DNA of 64,000 nucleotides from an uncultured Ruminococcus sp. (GCA_946494335.1 CAMMBV010000016.1:847-64846); one strand, 5' to 3'; positions 12,259 to 22,119 are shown, numbered from the stretch's first letter. Program-made: numbers and translations. Notes: a model not told the origin generated them from the letters alone.

Positions 12259-14421
12259 GTGAATAAAAAAGAATTGAAAAAAAGAAAAAAACTGCTGTTG
12301 GAGCTTATTTCTGCCAAAGAGTATCAGCCCATGAAGGCCAAAGAGATCGCATCTTTGCTGCAGATTCCAAAAAATAAAAGGAAAGAACTGCAGGCGGTAC
12401 TGGATTCACTGGTGGAAGACCAGAAAATTTCCATGAGCAAGCAGGGCAGATACCGTAAGGCGAAGGAGCGCAGATACCGGCAGCAAAATGGCAGCCAGAC
12501 GGTTGTCGGAACATTTATCGGCCATCCCAGAGGATATGGTTTTGTCTCTGTTGACGGGGAGGACAAAGATATCTTTATCCCGGAACAGGCCGTAAATACT
12601 GCTTTTTATATGGACTGCGTAGAGGTTCAGATAACGGAAGAGGGAAACGAAAGCAAAAGAAAAGAAGGACGGATTGTCCGGATACTGTCCCATGGTCTGG
12701 AAGAAGTGGTGGGGACGTATGAAAAAAGCCGGCATTACGGTTTTGTCATTCCCGATCTGGCCAGGATACAGCAGGATATCTTTATACCGCAGGAAAAAGC
12801 GCTGGAAGCCCGTGACGGCGACAAGGTAGTGGCCGTGCTGACTTCCTACGGCAGCAAAAACAAAAGTCCGGAAGGTCGGATTAAGGAGGTTCTGGGCCAG
12901 GCGAAGGATCCGGGTGTGGATGTGATGTCCGTTGCCAAAAGTCTGGGACTTCCCATGGAATTTCCGGAAAAGGTGCTTAAAAAAGCACGCACAGCGGCAC
13001 AGAATCTGCAGGAGGGGGATTTTAAGGGACGCCAGGATTTAAGACACCTGCAGTGCGTTACCATAGACGGCGAGGATGCCAAAGATCTGGACGACGCCAT
13101 CACTTTGTGCAGAACACCGCAGGGATATGAACTGGGCGTCCATATTGCAGATGTCAGCAATTATGTGCAGGAAGGCAGCGCCCTTGACAGGGAAGCCATA
13201 AAAAGAGGAACCAGCGTGTATCTGGCAGACCGGGTGATTCCCATGCTTCCCGAGCAGCTGTCCAATGGAATCTGCTCCCTAAACCAGGGAGAGGACAGGC
13301 TGACCTTAAGCTGTCTGATGCAGATTAACGAAAAAGGGAAGGTTACGTCTCATGAAATCGCAGAGACTGTGATCCGTGTGGATCAAAGGATGACCTATAC
13401 TGCCGTACAGAAAATACTGGACAAAGACGAAGCTTTCATGGAAGCTTACCGGGAGTTTGTCCCCATGTTTCTTTGTATGGAAGAGCTTTCGGCTCTTCTT
13501 CGGAAACGAAGGAAAAAGAGAGGTGCCATTGATTTTGATTTCCCGGAGAGCAAGGTAATTCTGGATTCCCAAGGGCACCCTCTGGAGATAAAAGTCCGGG
13601 AGCGGAGTACGGCCACAAATATCATTGAAGATTTCATGCTGCTGGCCAATGAAACAGTGGCAAAAGAATATCACGACAGAGGTCTTCCATTCGTATACAG
13701 GATCCATGAGGAGCCGGACGAAGATAAGATTGAGAATGTGCTGTCGCTGGCCAGAGCCAATCAGATTCCCGTGGAAAAAAAGAAACATAAAATCAGTCCG
13801 GAAGAAGTTCAGAAAATACTGCACAGCCTGGAGGGAAAGGCCATAGAGCCCATGATCAGCAGACTGATTCTGCGCTCCATGCAGCAGGCACGGTATGCTA
13901 CAGAAGATGCAGGCCATTTCGGTCTGGCCGCAAAACATTATTGCCATTTTACTTCGCCCATCAGACGGTATCCCGATCTTCAGATTCACAGGATTATCAA
14001 GGATGTGATCCGGGGACGTATGGATCCGCTGCGGATTCAGCATTATAAAGAGATTCTGGAGGACAGAGCAGACAGCTCCAGCCGGATGGAGCGCCGGGCG
14101 GAGGAAGCGGAACGGGAGACTGTGAAACTGAAAAAGGCGGAATATATGAAAGAACGCATCGGAGAGGAGTTTGAAGGCGTCATCTCGGGTGTGACCGGAT
14201 GGGGGATCTACGTGGAACTGCCCAATACGGTGGAAGGTCTTGTATCTGTAAATTCCATGTGGGATGATTACTATATCTATGATGAAAAAGCGTTTCGCCT
14301 TGTGGGCGAGTCAACCGGAAAGGTTTACTGTCTTGGACAGAAGGTGACGGTGATTGTGGAGGATGCGGATACGGCAGCCAGAACCGTCGATTTCAGATTA
14401 AAAAGGGAAGAGGATATGTAA
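12259..14421 (+). CDS. rnr: Ribonuclease R
   Basis: 720 aa. RNB-domain motifs DLDDAI and [19 protein letters not shown], and a C-terminal S1 domain. Confidence 0.9.
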   Translation: MNKKELKKRKKLLLELISAKEYQPMKAKEIASLLQIPKNKRKELQAVLDSLVEDQKISMSKQGRYRKAKERRYRQQNGSQTVVGTFIGHPRGYGFVSVDGEDKDIFIPEQAVNTAFYMDCVEVQITEEGNESKRKEGRIVRILSHGLEEVVGTYEKSRHYGFVIPDLARIQQDIFIPQEKALEARDGDKVVAVLTSYGSKNKSPEGRIKEVLGQAKDPGVDVMSVAKSLGLPMEFPEKVLKKARTAAQNLQEGDFKGRQDLRHLQCVTIDGEDAKDLDDAITLCRTPQGYELGVHIADVSNYVQEGSALDREAIKRGTSVYLADRVIPMLPEQLSNGICSLNQGEDRLTLSCLMQINEKGKVTSHEIAETVIRVDQRMTYTAVQKILDKDEAFMEAYREFVPMFLCMEELSALLRKRRKKRGAIDFDFPESKVILDSQGHPLEIKVRERSTATNIIEDFMLLANETVAKEYHDRGLPFVYRIHEEPDEDKIENVLSLARANQIPVEKKKHKISPEEVQKILHSLEGKAIEPMISRLILRSMQQARYATEDAGHFGLAAKHYCHFTSPIRRYPDLQIHRIIKDVIRGRMDPLRIQHYKEILEDRADSSSRMERRAEEAERETVKLKKAEYMKERIGEEFEGVISGVTGWGIYVELPNTVEGLVSVNSMWDDYYIYDEKAFRLVGESTGKVYCLGQKVTVIVEDADTAARTVDFRLKREEDM

Positions 14422-14422
14422 T

Positions 14423-14890
14423 ATGGGAAAAGAAAAGGGAAGCCGCCTGATCGCAAATAATAAAAAAGCGTATCACGATTATTTCATCGAAGAAAAGTAT
14501 GAGGCGGGTATCTCACTTCATGGGACGGAGGTTAAGTCCCTGCGCATGGGAAAGTGCAGCATTAAAGAATCCTTTCTGCGCATTGAAAACGGGGAGCTGT
14601 TTATTTACGGCATGCACGTCAGTCCCTATGAAAAAGGCAATATCTTTAACAAGGATCCTCTCAGAGTAAAAAAGCTTCTGATGCATAAAAGTGAGATTCA
14701 CAAACTGCAGGGGAAAATTGCGGAAAAGGGGTATACCCTGGTGCCGCTGCAGGTTTATCTGAAAGGCAGTCTGGTGAAGGTGGAGATCGGACTTGCACGC
14801 GGTAAGAAGCTGTATGATAAACGGCAGGATATTGCCAAAAAAGATCAGCGCCGGGAAGCACTAAGAGAATTTAAAATCAGAAATTTATAA
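14423..14890 (+). CDS. smpB: SsrA-binding protein SmpB
   Basis: 155 aa with the ..NKKA.HDY.I...YEAGI.L.GTEVKS.. pattern, immediately upstream of the tmRNA. Confidence 0.92.
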   Translation: MGKEKGSRLIANNKKAYHDYFIEEKYEAGISLHGTEVKSLRMGKCSIKESFLRIENGELFIYGMHVSPYEKGNIFNKDPLRVKKLLMHKSEIHKLQGKIAEKGYTLVPLQVYLKGSLVKVEIGLARGKKLYDKRQDIAKKDQRREALREFKIRNL

Positions 14891-14896
14891 AAAGTA

Positions 14897-14928
14897 TTGA
14901 CTTTATGTAAACTTAGTGGTAATATAAT
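14897..14928 (+). promoter_or_regulatory. Candidate ssrA promoter
   Basis: TTGACT, a 17-nt spacer, then TAATAT/TATAAT, about 30 nt upstream of the tmRNA 5' end. Confidence 0.6.
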
Positions 14929-14956
14929 TACGCTGCGTAAGATCGCCGAAATACCG

Positions 14957-15294
14957 GGGGCAGTACCGGTTTCGACGGGGGTTTTGAAGATGGAGAAGCT
15001 ATCCGCAGGCGATGCGTTAACTCGCAAACCTAAATTTAAACGCAGACGAAAACGTAGCGTTAGCAGCCTAGTTGCTGCTCGTCAGCCTTGATGCACTCAC
15101 ACATTGAGAATCTGGCGTCGACTTTGTGAGAAACGATATGGACAAAGCTTTGCGTTCATAGGCGTATTATGAGGCTACCAAAACCGTCAGGATGTCTGTT
15201 TCCGGGCGGCAGAGGGAATGAAAAATAACAGACTATGATAGTAGAAGTACATGGGAGAGACTTTCGGACACGGGTTCAACTCCCGTCTGCTCCA
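14957..15294 (+). ncRNA. ssrA: tmRNA (SsrA)
   Basis: The 5' GGGGCAG pairs with the 3' CTGCTCC, including the G3:U wobble. GGTTCAACTCCCG forms the T-arm. The tag ORF GCA GAC GAA AAC GTA GCG TTA GCA GCC TAG (15042-15071) encodes ADENVALAA-stop. CCA is not fully encoded, and the ends are good to about +/-2 nt. Confidence 0.9.
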
Positions 15295-15302
15295 GTGAAA
15301 AG

Positions 15303-15330
15303 GGCCTATATTTAAAGGCTCTTTTTCTTT
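15303..15330 (+). terminator. Terminator after ssrA
   Basis: GGGCCT / AGGCTC stem (one G-U pair) followed by TTTTTCTTT. Confidence 0.6.
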
Positions 15331-15351
15331 GGAAAAAAATGAAAAATGGTC

Positions 15352-15380
15352 TGGACAAAGGAAAGATAATGTGGTATTCT
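15352..15380 (+). promoter_or_regulatory. Candidate promoter of the DUF3793-flavodoxin operon
   Basis: TGGACA, a 17-nt spacer, then TGg-TATTCT (extended -10). Confidence 0.45.
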
Positions 15381-15386
15381 ATATCC

Positions 15387-15404
15387 AGTTAGCAGGCGCT
15401 AACT
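15387..15404 (+). promoter_or_regulatory. Inverted repeat 1 in the operon leader (AGTTAGC-N4-GCTAACT)
   Basis: Perfect 7-bp arms. It shares the AGTTAG/CTAACT arms with the second site 57 nt downstream. Confidence 0.4.
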
Positions 15405-15443
15405 AAAATCAAGGCCAACCCGGCAAAATTTTTTTTATTTGAA

Positions 15444-15461
15444 AGTTAGTTAAACCTAACT
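15444..15461 (+). promoter_or_regulatory. Inverted repeat 2 in the operon leader (AGTTAG-N6-CTAACT)
   Basis: Perfect 6-bp arms, ending 3 nt before the SD AAGGAG (15465-15470). Confidence 0.4.
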
Positions 15462-15475
15462 ATTAAGGAGACTGC

Positions 15476-16060
15476 ATGAAAGCTAGAAATGAGACAGATA
15501 TGTGTATTGCCTGTCAGTGCGCACCGGTGCTGGCAGGTCTGAAAACCTCCAACATTTTTATGGCGAAAGGAATCGCTGAGAAACAGCTGGAGGAAATATT
15601 TCATGATACGCCCCTTGCCTGCAGAAGAATCTGCCAGGATATGTATCTGGTTTACTGGCCGGACAGATTTCAACGGGAGATCATGAACAGAAAAATACAG
15701 CAGTTTCTGCGAAATTACGGCTACCGGGTTTTCCGGGGGGAGGCGGTCCTGGAACGGCTGTCCAAAAGAATGGAGGGCTATAAAAATCAGCGGAATGAGT
15801 TTCCCCATGAATTCGGAGTATTTCTGGGATATCCCCTGGAGGATGTGCAGGGGTTCATCGAAAACCGCGGAAAAAACTATCTTTACTGCGGGTACTGGAA
15901 GGTTTACAAGGATGTAAAAGAGGCAAAACGACTTTTTGCCCGCTACCGCAGGGCAAAAGCCCTGATTGCGGCCGCGGTGAGACAGGGATGGAGTGTCAAA
16001 GCGCTGGCTCAGGACGGCTGGATGGAACCATACGAAAGACTGAACATCGGAAACTTCTGA
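15476..16060 (+). CDS. DUF3793 family protein
   Basis: 194 aa. The N-terminal CIACQCAPVLAGLKTSNIF fits my memory of DUF3793, which is commonly adjacent to flavodoxin in Clostridia. Confidence 0.6.
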   Translation: MKARNETDMCIACQCAPVLAGLKTSNIFMAKGIAEKQLEEIFHDTPLACRRICQDMYLVYWPDRFQREIMNRKIQQFLRNYGYRVFRGEAVLERLSKRMEGYKNQRNEFPHEFGVFLGYPLEDVQGFIENRGKNYLYCGYWKVYKDVKEAKRLFARYRRAKALIAAAVRQGWSVKALAQDGWMEPYERLNIGNF

Positions 16061-16097
16061 TGTCTGTCATATAGAAAAACTTACAGGAGGATTTGTG

Positions 16098-16529
16098 ATG
16101 GATGAAATTATTGTAGTTTACTGGAGCGGCGGAGGCAATACGCAGATGATGGCCAATGCTGTGGGAAAAGGCATTGAAGAAGCCGGGAAAAAGGCCAGAG
16201 TGGTATTTGTGGATGATATTTCCTCGGATGAATTAAAAGGGGTTTCCGCTTTTGCCATGGGCTGCCCGGCCATGGGGGACGAAGTTCTGGAGGAAGGTTC
16301 CATGGAACCCTTTGTGGAAGCCGTGGAAGGATTTGCCGGAGGAAAAACCATAGCCTTATTCGGATCCTACGACTGGGGAGACGGAGCATGGATGAGAGAC
16401 TGGGAGAACAGGATGCGGGACGCCGGCGCGTTTTTGCTCAACGATAAAGGCCTTATCGTCAACAATGAACCCGATGAAGAAGGAACAGCAGCCTGCGAAC
16501 AGCTGGGGAGACAGCTGGCACAGCGGTAA
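16098..16529 (+). CDS. Short-chain flavodoxin
   Basis: FMN-phosphate loop VVYWSGGGNTQMMA, about 143 aa and acidic. AGGAGG lies 7 nt upstream of ATG 16098; the track starts at GTG 16095. Confidence 0.85.
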   Translation: MDEIIVVYWSGGGNTQMMANAVGKGIEEAGKKARVVFVDDISSDELKGVSAFAMGCPAMGDEVLEEGSMEPFVEAVEGFAGGKTIALFGSYDWGDGAWMRDWENRMRDAGAFLLNDKGLIVNNEPDEEGTAACEQLGRQLAQR

Positions 16530-16606
16530 AAACAGCAAAAAAGGCGCAGAAAAAGCCGGGTACCCTGATCCGGAATCCGGCCTGCGCCGGATAAAAGGAG
16601 GCATAT

Positions 16607-16891
16607 ATGAGTATCGTGATTGTAGGAGGCCATGACCGCATGGTCTGTCAGTATAAAAAAATATGTAAGAGATATAACTGTAAGGCAAAAGTATTTACAC
16701 AGATGTCAGCGGATTTGAAAAAGCAGCTGGGAAGCCCGGATATGTTTGTTCTGTTTACGAACACGGTATCTCATAAAATGGTAAAATGTGCTTTGGATGA
16801 AGCCAAAAGAACGAAAGCCAGGGTTGTCAGATCCCATTCCAGCAGCGGTGCGGCGCTTTTGGAAATTCTCGAAAGTTGTCACAAATCCTGA
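16607..16891 (+). CDS. DUF2325 domain-containing protein
   Basis: 94 aa with IVGGHDRM...FTNTVSHKMV...SHSSS, the pattern typical of DUF2325. Confidence 0.65.
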   Translation: MSIVIVGGHDRMVCQYKKICKRYNCKAKVFTQMSADLKKQLGSPDMFVLFTNTVSHKMVKCALDEAKRTKARVVRSHSSSGAALLEILESCHKS

Positions 16892-16915
16892 TAAGCATAC
16901 AAAATATTCCTGAAA

Positions 16916-16965
16916 TTTACACAAAATTTTCTTTTTCTTGACATGAGCATGGGGAACATTATACC
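16916..16965 (+). promoter_or_regulatory. Candidate promoter with 11-bp-phased Pho-box-like hexamers upstream of the Na/Pi cotransporter
   Basis: TTTACA (16916), TTTTCT (16927) and TTGACA (16938) are spaced exactly 11 bp apart. The TTGACA doubles as a -35, with TATACC 16 nt downstream. Confidence 0.4.
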
Positions 16966-17007
16966 ATAAGGAAAAAGGCTAAAGGAGACAAAGGAGAAAA
17001 AAGAAAA

Positions 17008-18654
17008 ATGAGTGTAACGGTTTTTTTAGGATTACTGGGAGGGCTTGCGCTGTTTCTGTACGGAATGCAGATGATGGGCAACGGTCTGGAAGCGGCGGCC
17101 GGAGACCGTATGAAGCAGATACTGGAAAAGCTTACAGCAAACCGGTTTCTGGGTGTGGCCGTAGGTGCAGGCATTACGGCAGTGATCCAGTCCTCTTCCG
17201 CTACCACGGTCATGGTGGTTGGATTTGTTAATTCAGGGATGATGACCTTAAGACAGGCTGTCTGGATTATTATGGGAGCCAATATCGGTACGACGATTAC
17301 CGGACAGCTGATCGCACTGGACGTAGGAGCCATTGCGCCGCTGTTTGCTTTTGCGGGCGTTGCGATGGTGCTGTTCATCAAGACGCAGAAAAAAGCCCAT
17401 GATATCGGACAGATTCTGGCCGGTCTTGGTATTCTGTTTATCGGAATGAATCTGATGAGCGAGGCCATGATGCCGCTGCGTGATTCAGAGCAGTTCATTT
17501 CATTGATGACGACATTTTCCAATCCGGTGGTCGGCATCCTGGTGGGCGCCGGCTTTACAGCCCTGATTCAGTCCTCCTCTGCGTCAGTAGGTATCCTTCA
17601 GACACTGGCATCCAGCGGACTGATCGGACTTTCCGATGCGGTTTTCGTACTGTTCGGTCAGAATATCGGAACGTGTATTACAGCGGTTCTGGCTTCCATC
17701 GGTACCAACCGGAAAGCAAAACAGACTACAGTGATCCATCTGTCCTTCAATATTATCGGAACGGTTATCTTTACGATCGTCTGTGTGCTGACGCCTCTTA
17801 CGGCGCTGGTGGAATCCTTCACCCCGGGAAGCCCGGCGGCACAGATTGCCAATATGCATACGCTGTTTAATATTGTGACCACAGTAATTCTTCTGCCCTT
17901 TGGTGCAGCGCTGGCGACATTTGCAGAAAAAATTCTCCCGGCAGGAAAAGAGCAGGGCGAAGAAGAAGCCGAAATGGCGCTTAAGTATTTAAAACCGATT
18001 CAGTCCGGTAAAGTCAGACTGGGAGCTACGGCTATTCATCTTGGACAGCTGAAGCAGGAAATTTCCAGAATGCTGGATATGGCAAGAAAAAATGTGGAGA
18101 CAGGCTTTGACGCCATACTGACCGGAGATCTGGAACTGATGGAGCAGGAAAAGAAACGGGAGGAATATATTGACTTCTTAAATAAAGAAATTTCCCAGTA
18201 TATTTCCAAGACCTTCACCCGCGAGCGAAATGCACGAAACTTCGAGGCAGTGGAAGAATATTTCCTGATTACGGGCAATGTGGAAAGAATCGGCGACCAT
18301 GCCGACAATATCTGCGGATACGTTAAGGTGGCCAAGGATCACAAGGTTCAGTTTTCGGATGAAGCGAAAGATGAAATCAGGAAAATGAAAGCGCTGAGCC
18401 TGAAGGCTCTGGACAGCCTGAGCGCGGAGGAAACGGGCACGCCGGAATGGCTGTCAGAGATTGCGGCCATGGAGCAGAAGATAGATGATATGACAGAGCG
18501 TTACCGCCGCAGACATCTGGAGCGTATGAAAGACGGTCTGTGCTCGGAGGAAGCATGTATCCTTTATTCCGAGATGCTGACGGACTTTGAACGTATCGGC
18601 GACCATATTCTGAATATCGCCCAGGCGGATGTGAAGATTCCCCGGGAAAATTAG
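17008..18654 (+). CDS. Na/Pi cotransporter family protein with C-terminal PhoU-like repeats
   Basis: Duplicated QSSSAT / QSSSAS transporter motifs. The C-terminal helical domain carries two ERIGDH motifs. Confidence 0.88.
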   Translation: MSVTVFLGLLGGLALFLYGMQMMGNGLEAAAGDRMKQILEKLTANRFLGVAVGAGITAVIQSSSATTVMVVGFVNSGMMTLRQAVWIIMGANIGTTITGQLIALDVGAIAPLFAFAGVAMVLFIKTQKKAHDIGQILAGLGILFIGMNLMSEAMMPLRDSEQFISLMTTFSNPVVGILVGAGFTALIQSSSASVGILQTLASSGLIGLSDAVFVLFGQNIGTCITAVLASIGTNRKAKQTTVIHLSFNIIGTVIFTIVCVLTPLTALVESFTPGSPAAQIANMHTLFNIVTTVILLPFGAALATFAEKILPAGKEQGEEEAEMALKYLKPIQSGKVRLGATAIHLGQLKQEISRMLDMARKNVETGFDAILTGDLELMEQEKKREEYIDFLNKEISQYISKTFTRERNARNFEAVEEYFLITGNVERIGDHADNICGYVKVAKDHKVQFSDEAKDEIRKMKALSLKALDSLSAEETGTPEWLSEIAAMEQKIDDMTERYRRRHLERMKDGLCSEEACILYSEMLTDFERIGDHILNIAQADVKIPREN

Positions 18655-19310
18655 GAATTCTTCTGTTTTTTCCGGCTTCGCAGGCTCTGTATGATATAAA
18701 AAATACTCAGAACAAAGATAATGATCAGGATTGCTGCGGCACAGTTGAAGAAAAACTGTTCCGGCAGAATCCGTATAATTTCATCCGTATTCGGGTCGAA
18801 AATCCAGTTGGATTTTCCGGGGAAAAATGCAGTATGAAACGCCACAAACATGGTGTCAAATGAGAAAGCGCCCCACAGACCCAGTATAAGAAACAAAAAA
18901 ATATTGAAAACTCCTGTGTAGAAGAACGGACTTTGTCCTCCAAAACGGTGAATCCTGATTTTACCGAAACGGTAAAGCAGTAAAAGAAGCAGGATAATAC
19001 CCAGGGATATAAAAAGTACGGTAAAGTCCAGATGGAATAAAAAGAGACAGTCTTCAAAATGGCTTTTTCCAGAAGGCGACCAGGCCAGGCTGCCGGTGCC
19101 AAAAGGCTGACCTTTCAGCAGATAGTCCATCAGTTCATCATAGGCGGCACGAATGGTTTCCCTGCTGTATCCGGTGGTTTCCTCCAGATTCAGCAGGGAA
19201 ATTTGTATATAATAGAAAGGTCGGCAGACAATCGGCACGGCAAAGCCAAAAGTCAGCGTGGCAAAAAAACCGGCAATGGACAGAAGAACGGAATGAATAC
19301 GTGACATCAT
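18651..19310 (-). CDS. TIGR01906/DUF1461 integral membrane protein (Lit-like lipoprotein intramolecular transacylase family)
   Basis: SGKSHFEDCLFLF and FVAFHTAFFPGKSNWIFDPNTDEIIRILPEQFF match the DUF1461 pattern. The protein has four or more TM segments. Confidence 0.65.
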   Translation of the reverse strand: MMSRIHSVLLSIAGFFATLTFGFAVPIVCRPFYYIQISLLNLEETTGYSRETIRAAYDELMDYLLKGQPFGTGSLAWSPSGKSHFEDCLFLFHLDFTVLFISLGIILLLLLLYRFGKIRIHRFGGQSPFFYTGVFNIFLFLILGLWGAFSFDTMFVAFHTAFFPGKSNWIFDPNTDEIIRILPEQFFFNCAAAILIIIFVLSIFYIIQSLRSRKKQKNS

Positions 19311-19316
19311 GAGAAA

Positions 19317-19961
19317 TTAACTCCTTTCGTGTTCTATTAAAACAGATAATGTAATCAGTACCTGGGAGGGCAGATAAAAGGCCCACATGGCATATGCGGC
19401 AAAGGTATAGAGCCAGGGGATCTGAAGATTCAGATTGAAAAGCCCGACGCAGATATCACAGCCGATAAACAGAAAAAAACCGGCCGGCATAGGACTCAGC
19501 TCTGGCCGGCGCAGACTTTTCAGGGCATTGATCACCAGGTTTGTGAAATAGATGCTGACCAGGATATTTAAAAGACTTTGCCGGTGCAAAAGCGCCAGCA
19601 GCAGTATCAGGGCGGCGGGAATGCCGATGCGCAGGGCGATTTCCCCAGGCGGGCACTTCTTTTCCGGAAAGGTGAGACGGACGCAGTACAAAAGCTGTAC
19701 CAGGCAGAAAATAAAAACGCCGGCTTCATAATGACGGTTCAGGACCAGAAGGAAAAAATCGGCGGCAGCAGTGAAAAAAAGCGCCAGTGCAATCAGACGG
19801 TCTTCCCGACTGTCAGCTCCTGCGAAACCAAAACATACACACAGCAAAATGCCGGCATATTTAAGCCAGGCGCTGCCGGATACACCGGTCAGATCAAGGG
19901 TCAGGAATATAATGTACAGGATGGATTCCGTCAGGATAAAAAACTTTGTGCCACAAGACAT
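19317..19961 (-). CDS. YhhN-like (lysoplasmalogenase family) membrane protein
   Basis: Polytopic. LALFFTAAADFFLL and GFFLFIGCDICVG resemble the two YhhN motifs. Start moved to MSCGTKFF (ATG 19961) because AAGGAG lies 6 nt upstream. Confidence 0.5.
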   Translation of the reverse strand: MSCGTKFFILTESILYIIFLTLDLTGVSGSAWLKYAGILLCVCFGFAGADSREDRLIALALFFTAAADFFLLVLNRHYEAGVFIFCLVQLLYCVRLTFPEKKCPPGEIALRIGIPAALILLLALLHRQSLLNILVSIYFTNLVINALKSLRRPELSPMPAGFFLFIGCDICVGLFNLNLQIPWLYTFAAYAMWAFYLPSQVLITLSVLIEHERS

Positions 19962-19972
19962 AGGGACTCCTT

Positions 19973-21364
19973 TCATGGCCGCATGGTCAGATTTTTAAGT
20001 GCATCCGCATAAATGGCGCAGGCTGCGGCCAGCCGGTCTGTCTGAATATACTCGTCCGTCTGATGGCATAAGTCAGGATCGCCGGGAAAGATAGCGCCGA
20101 AAGCGACTGTGTTGGGGATGGCTCTGGCATAGGTGGCGCCCGCGCTGACAAGAGGCTGGGATACCCTGTCTTTTGTATTTTTCCGGTAAGCTTCCAGCAG
20201 GGTTAAGATAAGAGGATTATCCCGGTCAAAATACAGAGGCGGCGTGTCCTCCAGCAGGGTAAACGTCAGATTGTATTCCCGGGCAGCATGAATAAGTGTC
20301 TTCATGATATCGGCGCCGGACGCTGTCACGGGATAGCGCAGATTAAGCGCCAGGGAAAGCCTGCTCTCTTTCAGTGAAATGATGCCGGCGTTGACGATCA
20401 GCCGGCCCGAGATGGCATCGGAGAAATCCTTTCCCAGCCGTTCACCGTGAAGATCAAAACCCAGGCGGCGGTTATAAAAGGTGAGGAAATCTTTTATGGC
20501 AGATGATTCCTTCATAAAGGTATCCAGCAGGGCACAGGCAATGGAAATGGCATTGACTCCCTTTTCGGGGGAGGAGCCGTGAGCGCTGACGCCAAAGGAG
20601 GAAGCCGTAAGTTTCGTGCCGTTCCAGACTGTCTGTATATCGTATTCGGGGTGAAGATGGGAAAATGCTTTCAGCCGCCTTTTTGCATCATCTGTTCGAT
20701 CGCCGCATTCCAGCACAAAACAGGCGGTATCAGGCACCATATTGGCAGCAGATCCGCCCTGGAACTGAAGCAGCCGGAAAGGAGAAGTTTCTTCCTGGAT
20801 TTTCACGCTGAGTTCACAGAACATAAGTCCCATTTCGCCGTATATGAGCGGGAAGTCGCCGTCCGGTGTGAAACCCAGACGGGGAAAGCGTTCCCTTTCC
20901 AGATAATATTTCATGCCGACGCCGTCCGTTTCCTCATCACATCCGAGGATCAGACGGATTGTGCGAAAAGGCTGGTATCCGGAATCCTTTAACTGCTTCA
21001 TAGCCCAGTAGGCCGCCATGAGAGGTCCTTTATCATCCAGCGCTCCCCTTCCGTATAAGCGCCCATCTTTCAGAGTAGGGCGAAAGGGAGGATATGTCCA
21101 TTTCGACAGATCACCCGCAGGCACCACGTCCAGATGGGCGGAAACGGCCGCGATTTCCTCTGTCTGGCCGGGAAATTCGATATGTCCGCCGTAATGATCC
21201 ACGTTTTTTACGGTGAAGCCATCTCTTTTTCCCATATCCAGCATATAGAGGAGCGCATGGTCTATGGCTGGGCCGAAGGGGGCGTCCTTTTTTGAAGCCG
21301 TCAGATAGCTGGGAATCGATATCAGTTCCATTAAATTATGAATCATCTGCCTGTTCAGCTCCAT
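19973..21364 (-). CDS. pepV: M20-family dipeptidase (PepV/Sapep-like)
   Basis: HLDVVPAGD..W..PPF and GRGALDDKGP motifs. Start set at MELNRQ (ATG 21364) with AGGAGG upstream; the track ORF runs to 21535. Confidence 0.8.
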   Translation of the reverse strand: MELNRQMIHNLMELISIPSYLTASKKDAPFGPAIDHALLYMLDMGKRDGFTVKNVDHYGGHIEFPGQTEEIAAVSAHLDVVPAGDLSKWTYPPFRPTLKDGRLYGRGALDDKGPLMAAYWAMKQLKDSGYQPFRTIRLILGCDEETDGVGMKYYLERERFPRLGFTPDGDFPLIYGEMGLMFCELSVKIQEETSPFRLLQFQGGSAANMVPDTACFVLECGDRTDDAKRRLKAFSHLHPEYDIQTVWNGTKLTASSFGVSAHGSSPEKGVNAISIACALLDTFMKESSAIKDFLTFYNRRLGFDLHGERLGKDFSDAISGRLIVNAGIISLKESRLSLALNLRYPVTASGADIMKTLIHAAREYNLTFTLLEDTPPLYFDRDNPLILTLLEAYRKNTKDRVSQPLVSAGATYARAIPNTVAFGAIFPGDPDLCHQTDEYIQTDRLAAACAIYADALKNLTMRP

Positions 21365-21471
21365 GAGACCTCCTCCTTTTGACGCCGGTATTTTTAAATA
21401 AGATACCATATGGAAGATATCCATTGCAAGTGAAAGTAAGAACTGATAAAATGAGACCGAAGGAGGAGCGT

Positions 21472-22119
21472 ATGGCAAAGAAAGTAATCGTATATCTAAT
21501 CGGCCTTTTTTTAATGGCCTTCGGCGTCTCCGCATCGGTCTGGTCGGATCTTGGGGTTTCGCCCATCGATACCATCCCTTATGTGGTGAGCCAGATCTTT
21601 AAGACCGATCTGGGAATCTGCACCACCATTGTGTTTGCCGTGTATATTTTCCTGCAGTTTCTGCTTCTGGGGAAACGGTTTCCGCCAAAAAATATTCTGC
21701 AGATCATTGTGGCGACGGTTCAGGGAAGTTTCATCAGTCTTACCACCAGATTTTTTGAAGGATATATGCCAAAGTGCACCAACTATGGGATGCAGCTTTT
21801 CTTCCTGCTGGTCAGCATGGCCTTTCTGGGGTTCGGCATTTTCCTGTACATAGAGACGGAAATTATTTCCATGCCGGCGGAGGGCGTGGCCCAGGCGCTG
21901 GAAATCAGAACCGGAAAGACGATGTCCACCATGAAAATCTGTTTCGACTGGTTTGTGGTGCTTGTATCTTTAATACTTTCCGTGTGTTTCCTGAAAGAAG
22001 TTCGGGGAATCCGCGAAGGGACGCTGATTGCAGCTTTTGGCGTGGGACTGTTTATTAAGCTTTATACCCGTCTGCTGCAGAAACCCCTGCGCAGTTTTCT
22101 CGGCAAGAAAGACGGCTGA
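21472..22119 (+). CDS. Membrane protein, YczE/YyaS/YitT-like (DUF6198)
   Basis: N-terminus LIGLFLMAFGVSASVWSDLGVSPIDT, 5-6 TM segments, GAAGGAGG SD before ATG 21472. Confidence 0.5.
   Translation: MAKKVIVYLIGLFLMAFGVSASVWSDLGVSPIDTIPYVVSQIFKTDLGICTTIVFAVYIFLQFLLLGKRFPPKNILQIIVATVQGSFISLTTRFFEGYMPKCTNYGMQLFFLLVSMAFLGFGIFLYIETEIISMPAEGVAQALEIRTGKTMSTMKICFDWFVVLVSLILSVCFLKEVRGIREGTLIAAFGVGLFIKLYTRLLQKPLRSFLGKKDG

Noticed and set aside
15361-15381. Fur-box-like AT-rich stretch (GATAATGTGGTATTCT) over the flavodoxin operon promoter.
   Set aside because: It has only a one-sided resemblance to the TGATAAT-N-ATTATCA 7-1-7 consensus. The right half is not the inverted complement.
15295-16100. Genomic island integrated at the tmRNA 3' end, a common integration site.
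   Set aside because: I found no duplicated copy of the ssrA 3' terminus (GGTTCAACTCCCGTCTGCTCCA) downstream and no integrase nearby. The following genes look like ordinary chromosomal content.
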